DNA from: Armatimonadota bacterium
Lineage (GTDB): Bacteria > Sysuimicrobiota > Sysuimicrobiia > Sysuimicrobiales > Sysuimicrobiaceae
Reading direction: 5' to 3'
Assembly: GCA_025059775.1 (NCBI GenBank)
Contig: JANXCW010000006.1
Span: 22,361 to 86,360, forward strand
DNA: 64,000 bases
Position numbers and translations under genes: made by a program. Of this stretch, positions 30,601-38,452 are shown piece by piece. Numbering within the stretch: position 1 is the stretch's first letter; every line of letters starts with the position of its first letter. The notes beneath the pieces were generated by a model. It was not told the origin of the DNA, searched no databases, and saw only the letters and a program-made list of their open reading frames with translations.

Positions 30601-32061
30601 TCAACGCCTCTTCTTCGCACGGGCTCGTTCGTACAGCTCCATGTACCGGCGCGCGGACCGGCTCCACGAGAAGTCCGCCCGCATCCCGGCCTGCACCAGT
30701 GTACGCCAGAGGGCGGGATTCCGGAACGCGTCCAGGGCCCGGCGGATGGCCTCCCACAGGGCATCCGGGGTGTACGCCTCGAACACGAACCCGTTGGCCT
30801 CCCCGCGGGCGATGGCCTCCGGGGTGGCGTCTATGATGCTGTCCGCCAGTCCCCCCGTGCGCCGGACCACGGGCACGGTCCCGTACCGGAGACTGTAGAG
30901 CTGGTTGAGGCCGGAGGGTTCGTACCGGGAAGGCATGAGGAACAGGTCACAGCCTGCCTCGATGCGGTGCGCGAGCCCTTCGTCGAACCCAATACGGACC
31001 CCCACGTTCCGTGGGTACCGTTGGGCCGCATCCGTGAAAGCAGCTTCGTACCTCGGATCCCCCATACCCAGCAGCACGAACTGCACGCCCGCGGCCACCA
31101 TCCGCTCCAGGCACTCCTGGACTAGGTCAAGCCCTTTTTGGTCCACCAGGCGCGTGACCATGCCCAGTAGCGGCACCTCGGGCTCATCCGGGAGCCCGAA
31201 CTCCGCCTGCAGGGCCCGCTTGCAGATGCGTTTCCCCGAGAGGTCCTCGAGCCCGTACCGGGCGGGGATGTAGGGGTCCATGCGGGGGTCCCAGACCGAG
31301 TAGTCCACCCCGTTCAGGACCCCGTAGAGGTCCTGGCTACGGGTGCGCAGCACCCCATCGAGTCCATACCCGAACTCCGGGGTCTGGATCTCCCGGGCAT
31401 AGGTCTCGCTCACGGTGCTGAGGAGATCCGCGGAGAGCAGCGCTCCCTTCATGAGGTTCAGAGAGCCGTAGAACTCCAGACGGGACCAGTACACCTCCTC
31501 GGGTAGGCCGGTCACGGGGAACTGCTCCCGGGGGAAGATTCCCTGATAGGCCAGATTGTGGATGGTGAAGAGGGTAGCCGTACCGCCGAGGACGGAGGCC
31601 CCACGTTCCACGGTGTCCAGGTAAATGGGGACCATGGCTGTGTGCCAGTCGTGGCAGTGAAAGACGTCCGGAACCCACCCTGCCAACCGGACCCAGGCGA
31701 GGGCCGCCCGGCACAGGAAGGTGAACCGATGCAGGTTGTCCCCGTAGTCCTGTCCCCTCTCCCCGTAGATCCCGGGCCGTCCGTAGTAGCCCAGGTGGTC
31801 CAGGAACCACACCGGGACCTTCCCGGCAAGGCTCCCCTCCCATATCCCGGCGAGCTCCCCCCGGCCCTCCACGGGTGCCGAGACCTCACCCACGCGCTTG
31901 AGTCCATGGCGTCCGGGGTCCACCGCAGCATACCGGGGCATCAGGACGCGCACGTCCACCCCCAGGTCACGGAGGGCAGGGGGAAGGGCTCCTGCCACAT
32001 CCGCAAGTCCCCCGGTCTTCGCGAAGGGAACCATTTCAGCCACCACGAAGAGTACCCGCAC
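30601..32061 (-). CDS. glgA: Glycogen synthase (ADP-glucose type, GT5)
   Basis: RVLFVVAEMVPFAKTGGLADV N-terminal motif and a GT-B C-domain. GTG start with GGAGGAGG RBS. Confidence 0.85.
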   Translation of the reverse strand: MRVLFVVAEMVPFAKTGGLADVAGALPPALRDLGVDVRVLMPRYAAVDPGRHGLKRVGEVSAPVEGRGELAGIWEGSLAGKVPVWFLDHLGYYGRPGIYGERGQDYGDNLHRFTFLCRAALAWVRLAGWVPDVFHCHDWHTAMVPIYLDTVERGASVLGGTATLFTIHNLAYQGIFPREQFPVTGLPEEVYWSRLEFYGSLNLMKGALLSADLLSTVSETYAREIQTPEFGYGLDGVLRTRSQDLYGVLNGVDYSVWDPRMDPYIPARYGLEDLSGKRICKRALQAEFGLPDEPEVPLLGMVTRLVDQKGLDLVQECLERMVAAGVQFVLLGMGDPRYEAAFTDAAQRYPRNVGVRIGFDEGLAHRIEAGCDLFLMPSRYEPSGLNQLYSLRYGTVPVVRRTGGLADSIIDATPEAIARGEANGFVFEAYTPDALWEAIRRALDAFRNPALWRTLVQAGMRADFSWSRSARRYMELYERARAKKRR

Positions 32062-32175
32062 AAACCTCCTCCCAGCTGGCCGGGCACTGCCTGGGATAAT
32101 GCCACGGAGCAGACCCCGGGGCAACCCCAGGAAGGGAGGGGGTTTGGCCTGTGGGGGACCACGAGAGATCGAGAT

Positions 32176-32200
32176 TTTTCGCGATTGGACGCGAAATTCC
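32176..32200. promoter_or_regulatory. 7-bp perfect palindrome TTTCGCG-n6-CGCGAAA (candidate operator) in the glgA / HD-GYP divergent intergenic region
   Basis: Seen directly. A second palindrome CCGGAAA-n5-TTTCCGG lies at about 32328-32346. A TTGACA hexamer lies at 32222. Confidence 0.25.
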
Positions 32201-32482
32201 GGGTTTCCTGGCATTTTTCGCTTGACAGAAGGCTCTGGATAGTACAAATTCCCCTTAGAAGGCCGGCGAGGGAAGCGACGGCCAACTTTCAGGTCCTGCC
32301 TGGAAAACGGAATACCTTCCCTATTGACCGGAAAGGGTGTTTCCGGTCCAGGCGGATTTCTAAATTGTCGAAATCAACCTTTTACTCTCCCGCCGGCAGT
32401 ATAGAGCAAATTTCGTGCCAGACTAAATAGGTTCCATGGAAACTTGAATACGAACTTCTCGAACGAAGGAGGGGGGGATGTG

Positions 32483-32500
32483 ATGAATAAGTGGGGGTAA
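32483..32500 (+). CDS. Mini-ORF MNKWG* (5 codons) preceded by GGAGGGGGGG; possible leader/upstream ORF
   Basis: Strong SD-like run. It shares its first 5 codons with the downstream 32-codon ORF. The DNA motif AAGTGGGGGTAA recurs at 32665. Confidence 0.15.
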   Translation: MNKWG

Positions 32501-32577
32501 AGTTCGGATAATCTGAATGTATGGTGTCTAACTCCTGGAAATTATACTAATAAAACGAATGAAAGGAGGGCAAGGAG

Positions 32578-32676
32578 ATGAACAAGTGGGGAGTGTACGT
32601 GGTGCGGCTGGCGCTGGCCCTGACGACCCTGGCGAGCCTGCTGGTGGCCGGTGGGGCTGCTGGCAAGTGGGGGTAA
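32578..32676 (+). CDS. 32-aa hydrophobic small protein MNKWGVYVVRLALALTTLASLLVAGGAAGKWG
   Basis: AGGAGGGCAAGGAG RBS 4 nt upstream. One predicted TM helix. High-GC codons inside a low-GC intergenic island. Begins MNKWG and ends GKWG. Confidence 0.3.
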   Translation: MNKWGVYVVRLALALTTLASLLVAGGAAGKWG

Positions 32677-32833
32677 TTTGACCTGGATGTAGGTGAGCCT
32701 CATTTGATCATGTTGGTAGGGTGAAGTTGGATCCTTCCCCTGCCGTTTAATTGTTCCCTAAAAAGACAAAATAATGGCCCCAAAATTGCTTACCCAGGGT
32801 CCTACTGGAAATCGCTCTCCTAACAGGTGGACG

Positions 32834-34222
32834 ATGAAGAGATCGTTGCAGTTCTTTGTGGGCCTCTGCATTCTAGGGGGCGCTGCAGTTTTGGGCCAAG
32901 TAATCTACGTGTTCTCCCAAACCAGCAGTCCTTACCACCAAACAGATGTCGCAGCTCTCATGCTTCTGACGTTCTTAGGTATCCTAAGTGAACTTAAGCC
33001 AGTCCAATATTATTTTGGCCCTGAGAACAAAACTGAAGTAACCCTTGGGCTTGCCGTTTTTCTGCCTACTTTAATGTTGTACGGATGGACGTTTGCAGTT
33101 CTTGTCGCAATGCTCACTTCCATCTCTACTGATCTTTATGAAGGTAAACCTTGGTATAAAACTTTGTTCAATGCCGGAAACCATGCTATAGCTACGTGGC
33201 TGGCAGGCCACGTATTCGAGGCTATTGCTGGCGGACATGCCTTACCACAGGTTCTGGCTTTGCGGCTTCTTGGCGGTGTCATCGCTGGAATTACATTTTT
33301 CGTTGTGAACATTGGCCTCCTCAGTATTGTAATTTCATTAGCCGCTTCTATTTCTCTTCGAGACACTCTTCTACTTAATGCACAGCTCATAACACCTGTC
33401 TTTGTTTCAATGGTCGGGCTTGCAGTTGTTGGATCAGTGATATGGACAATTCACCCTCTGCTTGTTGTCCTCCTCGCCCCCGCCGCCATGATGACCAAGC
33501 TCTCCTACGCCAACTATGTCCAGCTCCGCATCGAGACCGACAACTTCCTTCACGCCCTCGCGGAGGCGGTGGACGCCCGGGATCCCTACACGGCCCAGCA
33601 CTCCCATCGGGTGGCGGAACTCTGCCGGGCCATCGCCCGCCGCCTGCAGCTCCCGGACCGTGAGGTGAACCGTCTCTACGCTATCGCCCGGGTGCACGAC
33701 GTAGGCAAGATCGCGGTCCGGGACGCCATCCTCCTCAAGCCCGCTCCCCTCAGCGCCGAGGAGCTCAAGGAGATGCGGGGGCACGTGGAGGCGGGTGCCC
33801 GCATCCTGGGTCACATCAGCCTGTACCGGGATGCCCTCGACATCCTCCTCCAGCACCACGAGCGGCTGGATGGGTCCGGGTATCCGAAGGGACTACAGGG
33901 GGAGGAGATCGGCTTATCTGCCCGCATCCTCGCGGTGGCCGATGCCTACGATGCCATGACCACCCTACGCCCCTACCGGCCCGCCAAAAGCCCGGAGGAG
34001 GCTGTACGGGAGTTGTACCGGTTGGCCGGTAAACAGTATGATCTCTCCGTGGTGCGGGCCCTGGAGGACGAACTTATGGAACGCCGGGTGCTTGAGAAAC
34101 CCGTCCTGGCCGCTACCGAATCGGTTTCTGAGATCCTGGAGGCCGTTGATCCCGATGCTCCTCCTGCTCCCCCTCGCGTTGTCCCTCTGCGTCGGATGGA
34201 TCCGGGGCGGAAGTCTTCGTAA
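32834..34222 (+). CDS. Membrane-anchored HD-GYP phosphodiesterase (multi-TM sensor N-domain + HD-GYP)
   Basis: HD motif (HDVGKIAV) and GYP motif (HHERLDGSGYPKGL). N-terminal half has 6-7 predicted TM helices encoded at about 45% GC. ORF frame opens at 32774; the start at 32834 (MKRSLQFF, AGGTGG upstream) is preferred. Confidence 0.8.
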   Translation: MKRSLQFFVGLCILGGAAVLGQVIYVFSQTSSPYHQTDVAALMLLTFLGILSELKPVQYYFGPENKTEVTLGLAVFLPTLMLYGWTFAVLVAMLTSISTDLYEGKPWYKTLFNAGNHAIATWLAGHVFEAIAGGHALPQVLALRLLGGVIAGITFFVVNIGLLSIVISLAASISLRDTLLLNAQLITPVFVSMVGLAVVGSVIWTIHPLLVVLLAPAAMMTKLSYANYVQLRIETDNFLHALAEAVDARDPYTAQHSHRVAELCRAIARRLQLPDREVNRLYAIARVHDVGKIAVRDAILLKPAPLSAEELKEMRGHVEAGARILGHISLYRDALDILLQHHERLDGSGYPKGLQGEEIGLSARILAVADAYDAMTTLRPYRPAKSPEEAVRELYRLAGKQYDLSVVRALEDELMERRVLEKPVLAATESVSEILEAVDPDAPPAPPRVVPLRRMDPGRKSS

Positions 34223-35108
34223 CCTAGCGGAATCCGAGCTCCGCCTGCCCTGGATGGCCCTCCTCGCCATCCTCACGCAACTCCTGATCTTCGACCCTAC
34301 CTCGCGCCTCGTGCCGGTGCGGTTCCCCGTTGTTCCCGTACACGCCCTGTCCTACCTCCTGCTGGCGGTCTTTATCGGGGCGAACCGACGGCTTCCGGGG
34401 ATGTGGCTGCTAGCCGCGGGATTCCTGGCCAACGCCTTGGTGATCCTCAGCAACGGCGGGTACATGCCCGCCTCGGAGGAGGCCCTGCGGGCTGCGGGCC
34501 GGTGGACGCTCCTGCAGGAGGCAGGAGGAACCTACAACAACTCCTCCCTCATCGGGCCGCAGACCCGGCTGTGGTTTCTGGCGGACGTCTTCGCCATCCC
34601 TGCTGGACTTCCGTTTGCGAACGTTTTCAGCCTGGGGGATGTGCTGTTAGCCCTAGGGGTCCTCGTCCTTGTCCCGGGTCTGATGAGAGCCCGACCCCTG
34701 CGGCCGGAGGCGCGGGTAGCTGCAGCCGTGGCAGGAGGCTTTCTTGTGGGGTACCTTGCGGGTAACCTGGAAGCCCCCGCCGCCCTCTCAGCGGTGAGCG
34801 CACCTCAGCCTTCTTCCACCCCCCGCCTCGTCCAGAAATCTTCTCCACCCCCTCTCTCCCCTATGGCTGAACCGGCCACCCCTGCTCCTCAAGTGCTTTA
34901 CACCGTCCAGGTGGGCGCTTACCGGCATTCCGCAAACGCGCGGACGATGGTGAAGCGGCTCGCGGAGGACGGCTACAGGGCCCGCATCCTCTCCGGTAGC
35001 CTCCACCGGGTGGTGGTAGGGAAATTCGAGACTGAGCGGCAGGCGCACCGCCTCGCGGATCTCCTCGGCCGATCCGGTTATCCCACCTACGTGCGCCGCC
35101 TGCGCTAA
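34155..35108 (+). CDS. DUF5317-like membrane protein with C-terminal SPOR (peptidoglycan-binding) domain
   Basis: C-terminal SPOR fold (YTVQVGAYRHSANARTMVKRLAEDGYRARI...YVRRL). N-terminal multi-TM region. Start uncertain (34155 overlaps the HD-GYP end; alternative 34254). Confidence 0.6.
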   Translation: MLLLLPLALSLCVGWIRGGSLRNLAESELRLPWMALLAILTQLLIFDPTSRLVPVRFPVVPVHALSYLLLAVFIGANRRLPGMWLLAAGFLANALVILSNGGYMPASEEALRAAGRWTLLQEAGGTYNNSSLIGPQTRLWFLADVFAIPAGLPFANVFSLGDVLLALGVLVLVPGLMRARPLRPEARVAAAVAGGFLVGYLAGNLEAPAALSAVSAPQPSSTPRLVQKSSPPPLSPMAEPATPAPQVLYTVQVGAYRHSANARTMVKRLAEDGYRARILSGSLHRVVVGKFETERQAHRLADLLGRSGYPTYVRRLR

Positions 35109-36466
35109 TCCCTCACGAACACCAGCACCAAGTCGTTCACGTTGGTCCCGGTGGGACCCGTGCGCAGCAGGTCCCCTACAGCGTCTAGGCAGGGATAGGC
35201 ATCGTTGTCCGCGAGGGAACGCCGGGGATCGTATCCCAGGGTCCGGGCCCGGACGGCCGTGGTCCCGTCCGCCACGCCGCCCGCCGCGTCTGTGGGGCCA
35301 TCCGTCCCGTCCGTAGCCAAACTCACCACCAACACCCCCCTTACCCCTTCTAGGGCCACGGCCGCGCTGAGGGCGAGCTCCTGGTTGCGGCCGCCTTTCC
35401 CCCTGCCCCGTACCGTCACCGTGGTCTCCCCGCCCAAGAGGAGGCAGGCGGGCAGCGGCAAAGGCCGGCCGGCCCTGCGTTCCTCGCGTGCCAGAGCCGC
35501 CACCACCCTTCCCACCTCCCGGGCTTCTCCCTCGAGGAACGTGGTGAGGACGAAGGTGTGGTACCCCAGGGTCTTGGCTTGCCCGGCCGCCGCCTCCACG
35601 GCTTGGGCGAGGTTTCCGACGATCACCGCATGCACCCGCTCGAAGGCGGGATCTCCGGGTTTAGGCGTCTCCGGGATCTCCCCGGCCATCCCCTGCTCCA
35701 GGTGGCGGCGCACGGCTTCCGGTATTTCCGCCAACAGGCCATACCGTTCCAGGATCTCCACCGCGTCGCGGTACGTGGTGGGATCTGGGGCAAGCGGACC
35801 CGAGGCGATGGTGTTCAGGTGGTCGCCCAGCACGTCGCTCAGCACCAGGGCCACCACCGTGGCCGGAAACGCGGCCTTTGCGAACCACCCACCCTTGATG
35901 GCAGACAGATGCTTGCGCACCGCGTTGAGCTCCCCGATGGTGGCGCCGGTGCGGAGCAACAGGTCCGTGGTACGCACCTTGTCCTCCAGGGTGAGGCCCG
36001 GAGCAGGCAGCGCAAGCAAGGCGGACCCCCCTCCCGAGACGAGGCAGAGCAGGAGATCACCCTCCCCGGCCTGCCGCGCAAGGTCGAGGGCGCGGCGCGC
36101 CGCTTCCTCCCCCCTCACATCTGGCAGGGGATGCCCAGCCTCCACCACCTCCACGTGCCGCAGCCCAAGACCGTGTCCTTCCTTGGTCACCACGAGTCCT
36201 CCGGAAATCCGGTCCCCCAGGAGCTCCTCCACCGCCTGCGCCATGGCCACGCTGGCTTTTCCGAAGCCGATCACGAGGACCCGGTCGTAGGCCTCCAGGG
36301 GATACGCACGGTCTGCGACGCGCAGCATCCCGTCCTCCATGCGCAAGAACCTGCGGACCGCTTCCCGGGCGTCTACCGCCCGAAGGGCCGATTGGAGGAT
36401 GCAGGCCGCATCCCGACGTAGTTCCGGATCCTCCCCCACCCGTAGCCACCGACTGTCCCGCCACAT
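35105..36466 (-). CDS. Glycerate kinase (MOFRL / GckA family, glycerate 2-kinase type)
   Basis: DUF4147 + MOFRL architecture (VVLVIGFGKASVAMAQ, CLVSGGGSALL, GRGGRNQELALSAA). ATG 3 nt after the upstream GT stop. Confidence 0.8.
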   Translation of the reverse strand: MWRDSRWLRVGEDPELRRDAACILQSALRAVDAREAVRRFLRMEDGMLRVADRAYPLEAYDRVLVIGFGKASVAMAQAVEELLGDRISGGLVVTKEGHGLGLRHVEVVEAGHPLPDVRGEEAARRALDLARQAGEGDLLLCLVSGGGSALLALPAPGLTLEDKVRTTDLLLRTGATIGELNAVRKHLSAIKGGWFAKAAFPATVVALVLSDVLGDHLNTIASGPLAPDPTTYRDAVEILERYGLLAEIPEAVRRHLEQGMAGEIPETPKPGDPAFERVHAVIVGNLAQAVEAAAGQAKTLGYHTFVLTTFLEGEAREVGRVVAALAREERRAGRPLPLPACLLLGGETTVTVRGRGKGGRNQELALSAAVALEGVRGVLVVSLATDGTDGPTDAAGGVADGTTAVRARTLGYDPRRSLADNDAYPCLDAVGDLLRTGPTGTNVNDLVLVFVRD

Positions 36467-36468
36467 GC

Positions 36469-37680
36469 CTACGCCCGGTTCCACAGCGCCAGCAGATACG
36501 GCTTGTGCACCTCGAAGGCCTCCGCCTGCCGCTCCACCACCGTCTCCGCTTCCCGCGTGGTCATCCCCTCCGTCTCCTGCACGAAGGCTGCCACCCGGCC
36601 AAAGTACAGGGGAACCAGGGCTTCCAGGAGTTCACCGGCCTTCATCCGGTGGAAGGCCACGGCAAAGGCATAGCAGATCCGCGCCCAGAGGGGATCCGGG
36701 AGTTCCGAAACCTCCATGCGGGAGGCCAGCGTCGCGAACTCCTCCGGTCCCAGCACCTCCCGCCACATCTCCCCGAAGCGGGAGAACCCGCTCCGGAATC
36801 CTTCCACGAGGGCTGCGCGGTTCACGGGAACCGGCTCGGGCTCTACCTCCACGGGTTCGCCTACCAGAGGGGCAGGCACACTGCCCACGATCCGCCGCCA
36901 CCGATCCGTGTACGTCTCCATCAGGTTGAAGAGGGTTCCCACCACCTGGCGGAACATGGGACCGAGGTGCGCGGCCGGATCCCGGGGATCGTGCAATTTT
37001 ACGCCAAGATGCGCCTGGACCACCCGGTAGCCTCCGTTGAGGGCGGTGGTGGTCATCCAGATGTCCACCCCGAACCGCGCCACGTCCCCCTCCCAAACGG
37101 GTGCCTGCAGCGCCCGTGCCGCGAATTCTCCGGAGAAGGCGAAGTCTCCACCGATGGGCTGGCGTACGCGCACACCGTACAGGGCCCTCGTCATAGGGTA
37201 GGCTAGGTGGTTGGTGATGGTGCCGTCGTACTTGTGCCGCACGTAGTACGGCGCCACGTACTCCGCCTCGCCCCGGACCACGGGCGCAAGCAGCCGCTCC
37301 ATCCACCACGGTGCGATGGACCGAAGGTCCGCATCCAGGGTGGCGCAGGCCCGGGCGCCCAGAAGGCGGGCAGCCTCGAAAACGGCCCGCACCGCGCTCC
37401 CCTTTCCCGGGGGACCCTCGTACGGCGTGGTGAGCACCGCGACGCCCTCCGGAACCCGGGCGCTCAAAGCCAGCTGCGGGGTGCCATCCGTGGATCCTCC
37501 GTCGACGTTGAGGATCACGATGCGAAGACCCGGGAACGACCCTCGGGCGCCCTCCGCGGCTGCTTCCACCACGTAGCGGATGGTGGAGGCGTTGTGGTGG
37601 CTGGGAATGCCGATGAGGAGGTCCGCTTGCCCGACGCGCAGGAGTTCGCCCCGGGCCATTTCCGAAAGCGCTCGGCTCAT
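36469..37680 (-). CDS. GT-A glycosyltransferase homologous to glucosyl-/mannosyl-3-phosphoglycerate synthase (GT81-like), second copy in window
   Basis: Collinear with GpgS (LLIGIPSHHNASTI vs LPALNEEETI, GKGSAVRAVFEAARLLGARACATLDADL, YVAPYYVRHKYDG, QPIGGDFAFSGEFAARAL). ATG overlaps the MBL gene TGA. Confidence 0.65.
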   Translation of the reverse strand: MSRALSEMARGELLRVGQADLLIGIPSHHNASTIRYVVEAAAEGARGSFPGLRIVILNVDGGSTDGTPQLALSARVPEGVAVLTTPYEGPPGKGSAVRAVFEAARLLGARACATLDADLRSIAPWWMERLLAPVVRGEAEYVAPYYVRHKYDGTITNHLAYPMTRALYGVRVRQPIGGDFAFSGEFAARALQAPVWEGDVARFGVDIWMTTTALNGGYRVVQAHLGVKLHDPRDPAAHLGPMFRQVVGTLFNLMETYTDRWRRIVGSVPAPLVGEPVEVEPEPVPVNRAALVEGFRSGFSRFGEMWREVLGPEEFATLASRMEVSELPDPLWARICYAFAVAFHRMKAGELLEALVPLYFGRVAAFVQETEGMTTREAETVVERQAEAFEVHKPYLLALWNRA

Positions 37681-38447
37681 TCCCCTACCCTCCACCACGC
37701 GCCCCCTGTATTGGGCCGGACGGTTTCCACCGCCACCTGGTCGATGCCCTCCCGGTGCAGGGCCGTGATCACGATGTCCCGGGCAAGGGGGGCGAGGTTG
37801 TTGACCTCGCTGAGGTGCACGAGGACCACCCGCTGAGGTTTTCCCGTGTGGAGCCGCACGCTCAGGCGCGCGGCCGCGTCGTTGCTCAGGTGGCCCCGGG
37901 GGCTCATGAGCCGCCGTTTCACCGCGGCGGGGTATGGACTTACCCCCAGCAGCCGCGGGTCGTAGTTCGCCTCCAGGAGCACCAGGTCCGCGCCCATGGC
38001 CCGCTCCACGAAGGCCTCATCGGCCCTGCCTAGGTCCGTAGCGATCACCACCCGCCTTCCCTCCCCCTCGATGACGAAAGCCACGGGATCCGCGGCGTCG
38101 TGCGAGACGGGGACCGCCTCCACCAGCAGCTCCCCGATCCGGAAAGGCCGTAGGTTCTCGAACCGTTCGTGTCCTGCCCGCAAGTCAGGGCAGGCCCGCA
38201 GGGTTCGCTCGTTCGCAAGGACCACGGTTCCCATAGCCCGGGCCACGGACGCGGCGCCCCGGGTATGATCGTCGTGCTCGTGGGTGAGGAGAACCGCGTC
38301 CAGCCGTGCGGGGGCGATCCCGAACCGTGCCAGCCACCGGCGGATGGCCCGGGCGGGAAGTCCCGCGTCCACCAGTACCCGCGTGGATCCCCCCTCCACC
38401 AGCACCGCGTTTGCTGTGCTGCCGCTTGCCAGGACATACACCCGCAT
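37677..38447 (-). CDS. MBL-fold metallo-hydrolase (Lactamase_B_2-like)
   Basis: HxHxDH motif (LLTHEHDDHTRGA) with downstream His/Asp ligands. 256 aa. GGAGG RBS spans the GT4 stop. Confidence 0.75.
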   Translation of the reverse strand: MRVYVLASGSTANAVLVEGGSTRVLVDAGLPARAIRRWLARFGIAPARLDAVLLTHEHDDHTRGAASVARAMGTVVLANERTLRACPDLRAGHERFENLRPFRIGELLVEAVPVSHDAADPVAFVIEGEGRRVVIATDLGRADEAFVERAMGADLVLLEANYDPRLLGVSPYPAAVKRRLMSPRGHLSNDAAARLSVRLHTGKPQRVVLVHLSEVNNLAPLARDIVITALHREGIDQVAVETVRPNTGGAWWRVGE

Positions 38448-38452
38448 TCGAC

